NCBI GenBank assembly: GCA_027604505.1
Contig: JADIIX010000054.1
Location: forward strand, 62,001 to 126,000
DNA length: 64,000 bases
Source: Gonapodya sp. JEL0774
Taxonomy: Eukaryota
Direction: 5' to 3'
In this document: positions 26,801-38,450 of the stretch, piece by piece
Numbering within the stretch: position 1 is the stretch's first letter
Layout of the letters: every line of letters starts with the position of its first letter
Program-made: the position numbers and the translations under genes
Notes under the pieces: generated by a model
Seen by the model: the letters and a program-made list of their open reading frames with translations, nothing else
What the model was told of the DNA's origin: nothing
Database searches by the model: none

Positions 26801-29299
26801 GTTTTCGTAGAGGATAGATATATCTGAGTGACCAGTTGCCGCTAGGTGACTCGCTTGAGCCTGAAAGCGAAATTGATCCGATGTCCAGCCATCAAAGAAA
26901 GCATTGTTTCAAGACTCACGAATAATTCATCGTATGACGATGGACGAATATTGAGAATACTTTGTACAAAAGGAGATCGGAACGAGCTGTTCCCATCGAC
27001 GAAGTCGTATACAGGCAGGACTGGCACTCCCGTAGTCGCTACGACAGAGTTGTTCGCGCCAGCCTGAGATAAAGCAAGCCTGTACACAGGATCCAAGATC
27101 TCAGCACGTCCCTGCAAACCGGTCAATCCCAGTACACGATCCGCCGAAATAGTAAAATTCAACCGTTCCACAGACTGAGAACCGTTGGAGACTGCGTAGG
27201 AGCGTAGATTCTGCAATTTCGGGTTTGTATAGAGATTGAAGGTGTTGACGCATGAACGCTATCCAACCCACGAGCATATGTCCATAAACTCCTGCAAGCT
27301 CGGTATTGATCTGCTTGAACGCTAGTGCGAGTCCAGTGCTGATCGATGAGCCAATCGATGAGCCTAATTCGTATATCTGTCCAAAGTGGTATGGCCTTTT
27401 GAGATTGTTTGCATAATCGAAAAAGCATGTGGAGTCCCATGCAAGTCCAGCCTCTGGGACCAGCTGAAACTCATAGGAACCCAAAGTAGCGTTGAATTCG
27501 TATTTCGTCGTCCAAATCTGCCTCAGGCCCTGGTTGCAACCTCCCGAAACCGTGCTCGGGTAATCTAGAAGCGAGAGGACAATCAACGGGTCCACGTTAT
27601 GTTACTGAAATATGATGAAACACAGGACCAATTTTCTCACAAGGTCCCAAGCGTAATCCGTCGAGTTGGAAAACGGGAGTATCGTACAGGATATTCAAGA
27701 AGGATTCTCGAGATGTATTTGTCAGCGACGGTGTCCACTGTAGAACCGCGGCGACTACACGGCCGGTAATATAGCCCTCAAGCGAGGTGAAGTCAGGCTG
27801 ACAAGACGGGCATACCTTCGCCAAGGCCGATTGATATCGGGGACTTTCGCATGTTGTGTTAACGAATGGCGATCGAAAACCTTCTTCAAACCTTCCACTC
27901 ACATAAGAGCGAGACGCGTATCCCATGGATTGGGCACAACATTGGTAACGAGAACATTCCGTGTGTCGTTGGTCAAGGCCAGAGCCCTCATTAAAGAGCT
28001 CGCGCCGACAAATGACACAGTCATGAAAATGACAGAGTCCCCATTCGAGCGAGGGTCAGCGCGATAGAGATTCACGAAACGAGAGAGTGGGCCGTACGTG
28101 CCAACCATCACACTGGGACAGATAAGGGATTTTAACGAAAATGAAGGAATTCACAGATCTCTTTTGTACTAACATAGCCTGGGGGGCAACAACACCCGAG
28201 AGTAATGTGTTGATCCCTGGTGAAGTCAGGGAAGGAGTTTGTCAGTTTAATTGCGTCCAGTTCACGGATAAGTCACCTATACGTACCCGAAGTGAAGTAG
28301 CTATCAGCACATGTAACAACCGCGCAATTTCTATCGAACTTTGCCAGAGAATGTATTGGCATTCCAATGGCGGTCATGCTGGCATTTACTCCGTCAATTC
28401 CGACTTGTCCAAAAGCATCATCCTGCACATAAACGGAAATTCGATTCAAAAGAAGGACGGAAGTAAGGTATTTGACCATGGCTTCAACAGAAAGACGTGA
28501 AAACATGGGTGGGCGGTGCAAGGAGAAGGGTCGCGGAGTTGTTGCGACCAACACAACGATTGGGAACGAATGGGACTTGAGTTGTGCGAACACGAAATAA
28601 CGCCGCAGTGAAATTTTTTGTTCTGCACCTGCGGTTTCGTCCGGATAACCTGCGCGAATGTTGACATAGTATTTGTTGAACGGAGTACGGATCGCTCCAG
28701 TTCCCGTGAATGAACCAATCAAAGGAAAATTCCTACGTCGCATTCCATGGTTCTCTTTTCATTATAAGGTAGAAGTTCATCTGGGAGATCATGAACCACG
28801 AACTTACGCGGAATTGGTGTACGGAAGGGCTGCCTTCACTGTCGGAGTTCCAACCAGTCCAACGATTCCAAACAGACTCTGATTGATGAATGATCGTACA
28901 TTCACAACAGTGTTAGAAGCCACATATTGGTCGTCTGAGTCGGTTTTGAATTGAATTTCAAGAACGATTTGACCAGAACCGAACGACACCCACCCAAAGC
29001 CTGAAGGGAGAGATTAAAGCTTTGCACACCTCCTGCCCGATTAACCTCCTCAAAAGCCGCCGCAAGTCCCCATCGGACTCCGACACCGAGGTCCGCCGAA
29101 CCACCTGAATCGGCAATCTTGAATCGGACATTTGTCACGTCCGGGCCATGTAAGCTCATCACTCGCCTGTAAGAGGGCAGCTTTGACCAAATGTCAGAAC
29201 TGACGTCGCTTGCGAGTACACGGGTGACGCGACCACCACGAGAGCCAGAAGTATCGCGCGCAGAGAACCAGCAATCGTCGATCTGCGACTGGAGCCCAT
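23835..29299 (-). CDS. Large membrane receptor-like protein: signal peptide, two type-I periplasmic-binding (Venus flytrap) domains, multi-pass TM region (3' end uncertain)
   Basis: Signal peptide RAILLALVVVASPVYSQ. Motifs FGQSCPLTG, GLAAAFEEVNRAGGV, GLVGTPT, PLIGSFTGTGAIRTPFNKYYVNIRAGYPDET, YVQDDAFG. Second repeat starts FGQIYEL..GLALAFKQIN. Numerous hydrophobic segments between about 25900 and 24680. Confidence 0.8.
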
Positions 29300-29555
29300 G
29301 GGAGATTCCAAGGAACCCTTTGAGTACAGTAGTTGAACTGCGCGGATCGAATGCACGAATGCTTATTATATTTTGACACGAGGAATGGCAACCTGGGACA
29401 CAGCACAGCACAACCGAGGGCAGCGTTAGGCGCGTCCTCACAGGTATCACCGATCATCCCATTATCGTGGGTCATAAGTTTCTTATGCGGTCTCGGAACA
29501 GGTGTCATGATTGTATCTCCAATATACACCCATTTAACGGGCTAGTCATCTATTC

Positions 29556-30392
29556 TCAGTCTGTATCAGCCCTCAATGCCGCCAAGACCTCGTTATCATC
29601 TTCGTCGTCATCCAACCCTGCATCATCTTCCATCTCAAATAAGTCCACATCTACTGCAACCTCCCCTGCTTCCATAACGTTCAAATCAGACTTGGCCAAA
29701 TTCTTATCCTGTTCAAATAACTGCCTCCCCGACGGCTTGAGCTTCTTGGTGTCCTGGGCCTGAGCACCTTTCATGGCCTGCTTGGCCAGTTCTGCCATTT
29801 CTCTCTCAAACTTCGCCCGCCATGCGGCGAATGACTCGGGAGTCACTTTTGTTCCTTCCAACCTCTTCCTCTCCACCTCCTCCGCAATCCTGAAGCGCTC
29901 TTCATCCGCCCTATTCCGCTCATCGATCTTGCCCCGTAAAATGTCCTCCAGACGGTCCTTGAGGTGAGAGGTGAGGGTGAACGAGGAGGCCATGCCCAAA
30001 TTCTCGAGTGCAAGAGCGCGTAGCTCTTCCAGGAGGGCCGATTCCTCCGTTTCAGATGCCCCGAGACAACTGAACGAGGTAAAAGAGAGCTCAGGTGCAA
30101 CCTCGGGGTACGTCGGGGGAAGTTCAATGTGTAGAATGACATGAGGTCCAGACGGAACCCTGAGAGTCCTAACCCCGCCCCCATCGCCCTCCAAGTTTTC
30201 ATATCCATCTTCCGCTCCCTCATCGTCACCCGAGTTCGCTGTTTGACCCAAGGCTCGCCGTGCCTCGGCGGTCAATTCGTCGTCGGCCTTCACGGTGATG
30301 GAGAACGAGGTGGGAGAAGTTTGGTCAAAGTCAGCATCGTAGATCGATTGGAGAGCTTCGAGTTCTTGGGATTGTTCCTCTGCGTAATCCAT
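29556..30392 (-). CDS. RWDD1: RWD-domain protein RWDD1/Gir2 (DFRP2), intronless ORF
   Basis: MDYAEEQSQELEALQSIY, YPEVAP, ENLGMA, GTKVTPESFAAWRAKF, SGRQLFEQD. Confidence 0.93.
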   Translation of the reverse strand: MDYAEEQSQELEALQSIYDADFDQTSPTSFSITVKADDELTAEARRALGQTANSGDDEGAEDGYENLEGDGGGVRTLRVPSGPHVILHIELPPTYPEVAPELSFTSFSCLGASETEESALLEELRALALENLGMASSFTLTSHLKDRLEDILRGKIDERNRADEERFRIAEEVERKRLEGTKVTPESFAAWRAKFEREMAELAKQAMKGAQAQDTKKLKPSGRQLFEQDKNLAKSDLNVMEAGEVAVDVDLFEMEDDAGLDDDEDDNEVLAALRADTD

Positions 30393-30529
30393 CAGTCGGA
30401 TTGATTGAAATTAGAAGAATCAAGCTGATTTGGAGTACCACCTGCCCACAAACAAACCATTTCGTACACTAAACCATGTTCGCAAAATTCAGTTATTTAC
30501 AGCGACACAGTGGAAGCTTCCCACATATT

Positions 30530-32145
30530 CTATCTTCTCCCGTAGCCTCCCCGACTCCCTCCCCTCCCACCTCCTCGCCCATATGAGCCCCTCCCCCTCC
30601 CTCTCCCCTCCGCGTCTCTCCTTGGCGGCGGCTGAATAAACACTCTCGTCGTGCTAGCATTGGAACTATGACTGGAACCACCATTTCGACTTCCAGACGA
30701 CGAAGAAGTGGAAGGCGGGGCGTCCAAATCATGGAGGCGGCGTTCTAAGGCAGCGATGCGGGCGTCGATACTGAAGTGTGGGGTATAGGAGCGGGTTCGA
30801 CGTATGCTCTGTAAATCGGTCGTGTGGGTGCGACGAGTGCAGAGAACCCCACAACTCACCTCCCCGTCATCAATTTCGGTTGCACAATCAACTCCCCTTG
30901 GTCCTTATCCTTATCGCCATGGCCTCCATGCCCATACCCTCCGTAAACATGACTTCCTCCTCTACCATCGTAAGGCCGCGGGCCTGTTCGCATTGCTCCT
31001 CCACCTCGATGTGAGGCAGTGCCGTCGATGGAGTCTGATGACTCTTCAGGCTGGAGGTATTCGCAGTGGGAGTGGATTTGTACAATAAAATAGTCGGGAC
31101 CAATTGGAATACAGCGGAAAAGCACATTTAGGAGTAGCCAGATTGAATGAACGAGGTCAGACTAAAATTCGTATTGTCCCACAAACCTTTGGATCAAATG
31201 AAAACGACACCACCAGGTGCTTGTTCTTGATCTGTTTGCCATCCATTGACTTGATGGCATTCATAGCGCTCTGACGCAATTATTCAATGTAGGTTGAAGG
31301 AGGGGGTGAGAGGAATTTGGGATCTTTGAGCACAGAGGAATGGGCCGATAACAGTGCCTCGCCACGAATCCCAGCTCCACGGCCTGTCGGTATCAAAGCA
31401 ACATATCTCCTCTTCTGCACTGGTCGTTCGGTTGTGCAAGCGGCTTTCCCAAATTCCCGCGCTGTCTCCGTAAGCACTTGGGCGCACAGCCGAACTCACC
31501 TCATGCGTCTCATATTCCAAAAAGCAAAACCCTTTCGGTTGCCCCCTGTTTGGCCCAAACTTGTGCCACATGTAGTCAATTCTGGTGATCTTCCCAAATG
31601 GTTGAAACAGTTTGACCAAGTGGTACTCGGCGACGGAAGCATCAATATTGCCAATATAGAGTCGTTTGTCGAGAATGGTGGGGGCTGCCGGAGGAAAGTA
31701 AATCACAAACGGTGAGATGTTCGTGTCTTCGAACTTGACTCTTTCTTTTAAAACTGCTGCTCCTTCCTTGTTCCTCCGCTCATGCTACCTATCCGGCCAC
31801 TTACAGCAAGTGTCATCAGATAGCCCTCACGAGACTTTAACCTTTCACTCCAGGGGCTTGGGGTTACTCGACACTCTCCCCGCTCCTTTCACCCGGGTTC
31901 CTTCGCCTTCCAGCAAACTGACCTCGCCGTTCCTGTTTGTCTGCCCGGCCATCATCGTCATCATTCTTTTGTCTTGGTTGTCTTGGGTCATTTTCGTCTG
32001 TCTTTTCGGGAATTTGTAATGGCAGTGGTTTACGGGCAGGCGAAACGGACGGGAAACCGTTGAGCGACCATGGCAGAGCAAGAAATGGGAAGAAACATAC
32101 GGGGAAGTATATAAGACCGCCCTTGCCCTGGTCGTACAGGCTCAT
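30530..32145 (-). CDS. RBM18: RRM protein, RBM18-like, with RGG tail
   Basis: RLYIGNID..EYHLVKLFQPFGKI..WHKFGPNRGQPKGFCFLEY; DARIAALERRL. Splicing places the ATG at 32145 (MSLYDQGKGG). Confidence 0.8.
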
Positions 32146-32200
32146 ATTATGTTGGTGATTCTGGAAGGTTTGGGGGTCACAAGCCAACCACAACCCAGGA

Positions 32201-34784
32201 CGTCTACAAACCAGCAGGGGAATTTATCAAATTTAAAGAGCTTTAAAGAGTCAAAAGACCCGTAATTCCTCAAAGTCAAATAATGGTATGCCCCCCTCTT
32301 TAAAGTCGGGCCTCATACTTCAAAGTGCTTTAAAGTCTCGGTTGGGTAGTAAGTACCCCTTTAAAGTCGTGTTAAAGTACCCGGCGAGAATGTCCTGTGC
32401 GCTTTCAAGTCACTTGAAAGTTTTTTGGGTCTCGGACCAGTGTTCTGTAAAGTCGCTTGCAAGATTGTTTGAAGTCGTATAAATTGCTTTACAGTAGACA
32501 CTTTGGACTTTAATGTACATTTCAATTGCATTGAAATTCACTTCTATTTATTCACTTCTTACATACAAATCGGTGGCGCGCTTCTTACGATAATGTCCCG
32601 AGCGGATCACAGTTCTGGTGAAACATCTCGGTACCGACCGACAGACATAACGTCCTTGAGGGGGACGTTAGCAAAGAGATATTGCTCGTCCTAGCCCAGG
32701 AAAACAGGTGAGTTGCACCGTCGTCAAGTCTGAAAATGGTCGATAAAAGCACTTACTTTGGCTCGAACACCATCAGTGAATGGCGTTGGTGGGCAGAACT
32801 TCGCACTATTAATTGCGGATCGGATCGCGATTCGTGTTAGGTCATCAATGTCTGACTGATGTGCTCGGTACGTGGATAGCCTTGCAAATCGTCGAAGGCA
32901 GTCCACTCATCACCGTAAACACATACACTGCTCTGTCATAACAGAAGAACTCACAATGACACTGCACCATCGAGTGATTTCTACAACTGTCTTGCGAATA
33001 GTGTGTACCATTCGGAGTCGGTTCTGCGGTTAGTCATTGATCAGAATCGCACTAAATCCTGATGCCGCTTAGCACTTACATGCAGTCCATCGGGTCTTCG
33101 GCAACAAGGGGATCCAAGACGCTCACCTTCTCCGAATCTTGTTTTGGCGCTCCAAGTCCCAATGATTCGACCCATTTCGCTGGCCCCCTCTTGGTGCGCT
33201 CCCAAGTGTCAAACCCTTTGGCGCCAGTTGAGAATTCTTCACCGTGGTTGAAAATAGTTCCACTCACCTTGGCTTCTTTTTCGCACCCAACCGGGACGCC
33301 GAGCAAACCCGTTCCTTCGTTTGGGTGAGTACCCGTCTTGCTCGAAATAGTTGACCTCGGGGCTGTTGTACGCGGGTTGGGACCTCAGAGACCTCCACCA
33401 GACAGTGTAGTCCGATGGTGCTTCCCCTATGTCGTACGTCCACTCCTTTCATTTCAGAGGCGGGACCAAATGAGAGGTTGGGTGGTGTTCGACGAACATA
33501 TCCACTTACATGGCCGTCAAACTCCGGTGGTGTGTGCGGATCGGCACCATTACAGACAAGAAAGCGTGCGCGGGTTTCGTTACGGATGGATTTCTAGGGT
33601 GCAAGTTCAGGTTCGAGTGGGCGGCAAGCTTCGCATCCATCCATGGCACGGAAGAGGATCAATCACTCACATGGACAGCCTCTGTACTTTCTCAATCGAG
33701 AAATGCGGCGCCGCGGCGCCGTGGCTTCGTTTCCATTGGATGTGGTTATGACTTGTGTGGTTTTGGTCCAAACCAAGCAAACGGCCAATATAGTACACCC
33801 CGTGTATAAAACGATATATATATGTACGGAATGTTTTCACTTCAATTTATGAAATAGTTCATGCTCGTAACACTCAGAGTACAAGTTTAAGTGTTGTATC
33901 TAAATGTTATCCACCTCCGCAAGGATTGCGTCTCGGAGCTCATTCTCTTCGTCATCCGCGACTTGTTGTTTCGAGGGAGGTACAATACTCTTGTTGATGA
34001 ACGCCATGACATCGGGTTTGCTTGCTGCAACCCTCTCGTACATCTTGAGGTACTATTGGATGCGGAAATATTTGGAGGGACGTTATTATTGCTGGAACGG
34101 TCGAATCAAAGAACACAACTTAACACTCACAGTTTCCCAGCGTGTGAAGATGGTGTTGTCCTTTGCAACGTCAAGCCCTTTACCTTCAAGTTTGCGCATC
34201 ACCTGTTCTCACATATTCAGCCTAAGATGGACAAGTAGGACGTAAGGTATAAAGGATTCACGCTGTGCACATATGTGACGAACTCACAAAAAGTGTTGCC
34301 GTCGCCATGAATGCTGGAGTGGCAGTGTTAACGGAGCCAGCTGGCTCGCCACGAATTGGAAATCTCCAACGTGTAGAAAATATAAACATGGAGACTGAAG
34401 AATGAACACGCTAGTCCGACGTCATCGGGACCCCTGCCGCTTGTCCATTGACTCGCCATGAGTGAGCAACGTGAGCTTGCACAGAACTAGCCTCTACACC
34501 AGGCACGACGGGGCAAGAACGCTGTACCACATCACTCTCAGCAAGTCTCGCAGCACCCAAGAATGCTTTTGTCATTTCATCCCACTCCGTCCCAGAACGA
34601 CACATCACAAGTCCGCCCGACCAAAAGCTGCAACACGCGGGGCCCGCCGCCTCCTTAATAACTGGAATTTGAAGTCTCTTTAAAGTACATAAAGTCGCTA
34701 AATGTATTTAATTCCCAAAATTCCTGGGTGGGGGACTTTAAAGTGTGGCCAAAGTCTGGAAAGTTTCCTGCTGGTTTGCAGACG
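32201..34784. mobile_element. Putative non-autonomous DNA transposon with 18-bp TIRs and subterminal (C)TTTAAAG(T) repeats
   Basis: CGTCTACAAACCAGCAGG (32201-32218) matches the reverse complement of 34767-34784 at 17/18 positions. Many TTTAAAG/AAAGTC motifs lie at 32230-32480 and 34670-34765. GA flanks both ends. Confidence 0.65.
33900..34308 (-). CDS. Small spliced ORF inside the putative element
   Basis: Canonical phase-0 introns join MATATLF / VMRKLEGKGLDVAKDNTIFTRWET / YLKMYERVAASKPDVMAF...AEVDNI*. Confidence 0.45.
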
Positions 34785-35021
34785 GATAGGCAAGTTCCAC
34801 GCCCAAATGAATAATTTTGCAACTCCCTTTAGAGAACCGGCGGTAACATGCTCCGCACTTTGTTGCAAAACCAAAAGTACATGTTATACATGGCATGTCG
34901 GAGTCACTACTTTACCCTGCGATCATGCCCCCACACGGCAGTCATCAGGCTTAGAAGACGGAGTTCGGCCCGCATTTCCTCAAAAGGTCCCCGGAGTCCC
35001 CGAAACAGCTAGACATAGGAA

Positions 35022-36718
35022 ATGGATTTATTCTCAAAAAATCATCTCGCAACTTCACTGCCTCCATTCCCGGCGAGCCAGCCCTCCGATTTACCCCTGA
35101 TTCCAAGCGTGGATCCATGCCCGTTTGATCCAGCCGTGCATCTTGACATTGTCCCGCCCGAGTACGTGGTGGACCTGCATTTCAAGAAATGGAGGCTCGA
35201 TGAGTTGCCAGAGGATCCAAAATTGTGGCCTGGACTGGCGTTCACGGCTCCATTCAAGCTTTTGAGCGATGCCGGCGTGAACACCATCCGGTGAGTTTAT
35301 GCATGATTCGATTGCCCAGCGGCTTGATCTTTCCTGAGGGTAAGTACATAATTAAAATTATTGCGCTGAGGTATTTCTAGAGAGATCCTCCATCGATCCC
35401 GTGTTGCCGCTCCCCGAGTCGCTTGCAAAGATGAAATGATTCCAGAAAGCTATGTGAGCCAACTATCACACGATGCAAGTAACCCTTGCGGTATTCTCAT
35501 CTTGTCTTTGTGGCTTTCTTAAGCGTGGCTTGGCCTACGTGTCTCCTTTCATTCGCGACTTCAACCGCAACCCTGTTGTTCTCGACTTTCTCTCCAAATT
35601 CGCTCTGGACCCAGGTAAACTAAAGAAGCAATATTCCGATCCGATGTATTGCTTTGAGCCTTTATGAGGACTCTTGCATGAAATCCCTTCATCACCAAAA
35701 GTGGTCCCCGACTCACTCCCTCTGAACTATTCCCACACGAACGTGGGGAAAATAGGGCCCGCCAAGGTGAAGCTGATTCACCTTCATTTTTAGTTTTAGT
35801 TTTTGAAGGCTCACTTATCCTTGCACATACTACCATCTGCTTTAGAATGTGGTAGGCTGGCACTTCGACAGTGTCCAGTATGTTACCGTCGCGATCCTCT
35901 CCGACAGCACTGGTATGCAAGGTGGCGCACTACGCGTTCTCGCCAAACCCATTGAGGATGCTACGTCGCTTATTCTCGCCGAAAAGGCAGGGACGCGTCC
36001 CCCACTAGGCGAACAGGACGGGGTTCTGGAGGTGGAGTATCCAGGGAAAGGATGGTGTATTTTGATGCAAGGAGGATTGTTTTGGCATCAAGTGACGCCG
36101 GTGCTTTCGGTAGGTACTGAGACGATCCAACAGACTGTGATTTGGGTACAATCTGACAAACGGCACACAATCGGCATCACTTCATCAAGGCCCCTGAACC
36201 ACGCATTACATGCGTGAACAGCTACCAGTCTCGTCGCATTTTCTCGGGCAAAACGGCGTTCGACGGCCGGGACGATTTCACACGTTACCAATACTTTGGA
36301 GCCATCGATGAGCCGGATGTTGCTCGTGAGTTATGTGGTCTGAGCTTCTTCAAAGACTCCATGAAAATGCTCTGATTTATTTGCTTCCGAACCTTTTCGA
36401 CCGAAGCTCTCGAGTACGCGATTCACAAGTCGTGGAGGGTGCAAAACATTCTTGGAATGTTATCGGACGGAACCGTGCCATTTTCACAGGACAAGACTAA
36501 TGTAATTTGTACTTCTGTCACTTGTCTCTTCTCTTGCTCAACGGTATGGTCTTGTCCAACAACAGGTTCTCTCCGTATTGGACCGCGCGATTGCCGAACT
36601 GCAGCAGTGCCGCGACAGCCTCGAGACGGTGGTACCGTATACCCAAGTCGTAGACAAGGCAAGCCAGGCAAAATACGATTACACGGCGGCCTTACGGGCC
36701 AAGGGTGTGAGGCTCTAA
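35022..36718 (+). CDS. Uncharacterised 2OG-Fe(II) oxygenase-fold protein
   Basis: AFTAPFKLLS, VGWHFDSVQYVTVAILSD (HxD), MQGG..WHQV (distal His). Last exon ends AKGVRL*. Confidence 0.75.
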
Positions 36719-36924
36719 ACTTGTGCAGCAGTTGGTGAGATCGGACCTGCATTCAAGGCAGTGTTGGTGCTGTTCGCTAAAGTGCATGTGGTGCTATCTA
36801 CGATTTACTGTCTTGCAGTAGATGCCCAATGTCCTCCTGTTGAAGGGTAGAAGTAAATGTAATAGATGTGTATTTGTCAGTATCAGACGTCGCGAACGCG
36901 GCTGGCTCCTGGTCCCGAATATTA

Positions 36925-38040
36925 TCAGACACATAATGAAGTTAGACACTTCATAAGAATCGCCGTCGAATTGTTAAAGCTGCAAACGTTGAACAACGTA
37001 CAATGAATGTTGGCAGCTGCACCTTGCACACTCCAATATCAACCCCCACCGAGTCTGAATTTTCAGGCCGCTTCAATTCGATGACTCCCTGCACGTCGAT
37101 AACATCGCAAGATAACCGTCAGGCAGAGTGACCTACACGTCCCGCCAAGACGTTAGGAGTCGAAGGGGCCGGGATGCTGCGAGTTGCAACTCCGACAGAC
37201 GCCTCAACACGAGAGCGATGGTTTCCCTTTCATGCACCCCATGGGGGGGATGGGTACGAATCATTCTGTAGCTCGAGTGAATGGAAGTCGGGTCTTTGGG
37301 GGAAATCTCAAGGGCGCTTCGACGCGTGTCTTTGTCAAGAGATTGATATCTTAGATGTCTTCTTTTGGACCTTGCCTGGGAATTCTTTTCATTACGAACT
37401 TAAATCAATAAAGCTTCTGTTACGCCCTAAGAGCCTGCAGGGCTCTCAGTTAACCAAAGTGGAGGGTGGATGTGGATGAATTGGTGAATGATTCAATTGC
37501 ATGCATTGCGGGAGACGGAACTCAACAACAGTCGCGAAATGTCGATTCGCCCTCAGAAAAGTCAAGTGAGAGCGCAAGGTGCCCTACCAAGGTTTCCGAC
37601 TCTGCATTGAACGTTCGGTAGCGACAAGCAAGGACATTCGATTGGCAGTTCCGGTTACTACAAGGGAGCTTGCTCCTTTTTTTTTTTGATTATTACAGCC
37701 ACCTACTTGAGGAGAATACAATGATTGCATTGGAGTAAAGCAGTTTATTTGTGGTGTTGCAAGCTCCAAACTTTTGTAGTATAAGCATCGCTTTCCAGTG
37801 TTTGCCGGAACATTCAACCCTCCTTCGTCCTCCTCAATGGCTCCGCCAACTTGAGAAGCCATCGACGTGCAGGGAGTCATCGAATTGAAGCGGCCTGAGA
37901 ATTCGGACTCCGGTGGAGGTTTTTATGGGAGTGTGCAAGGTGCCACGCTAAAATTCATTGGACCCATTTCACGCTTGAAATTATTAACAATCAGCGGTAA
38001 TTCTTTCGACGAGTCTGACTTCAAATGTACGTCGCTGTCC
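36925..38040. repeat. Diverged long inverted repeat (arms about 36925-37195 and 37750-38040) with perfect 38-bp core
   Basis: 37063-37100 is the exact reverse complement of 37861-37898; flanking arms align with mismatches and indels. Confidence 0.85.
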
Positions 38041-38450
38041 ACTCCACCTTCTGCTTTGTTCTGCTTACAAAATTTATTCACAGCAGCTGTGGATTTGGAG
38101 GGGGTCGTTGCCATTGGACACTGGTTACAATTACTACTCATTAATATACCTTCATGTATAAAGAGTGTGATGCAGATCTGTGACAACGGGTCCTCATGGC
38201 GTCAGAGTGTTGTGAGAGACCCACAGCCCGAACCTACTATATCTCGTGAAGGAAAATCCCCGGTCTTCCTTGCGCTCATGCGCACTTGAATGCCCCATTG
38301 GTATTATAATGAGACTGATGGAATACTTATTTTACATCAGTTTTGGTGCATGTGATGAAAATCGTTGGCTTTGGTCGATGGAAGTAAAAAATGCTGCTTC
38401 GATCATTTCAATCATTTCAATCCCAAAACCAAGCAACCGCTTGTCCCGCA

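Noticed and set aside
32230..32480. Repeated TTTAAAG motifs as a CRISPR-like array
   Set aside because: They are short and irregularly spaced, in a eukaryotic context; better explained as subterminal transposon repeats.
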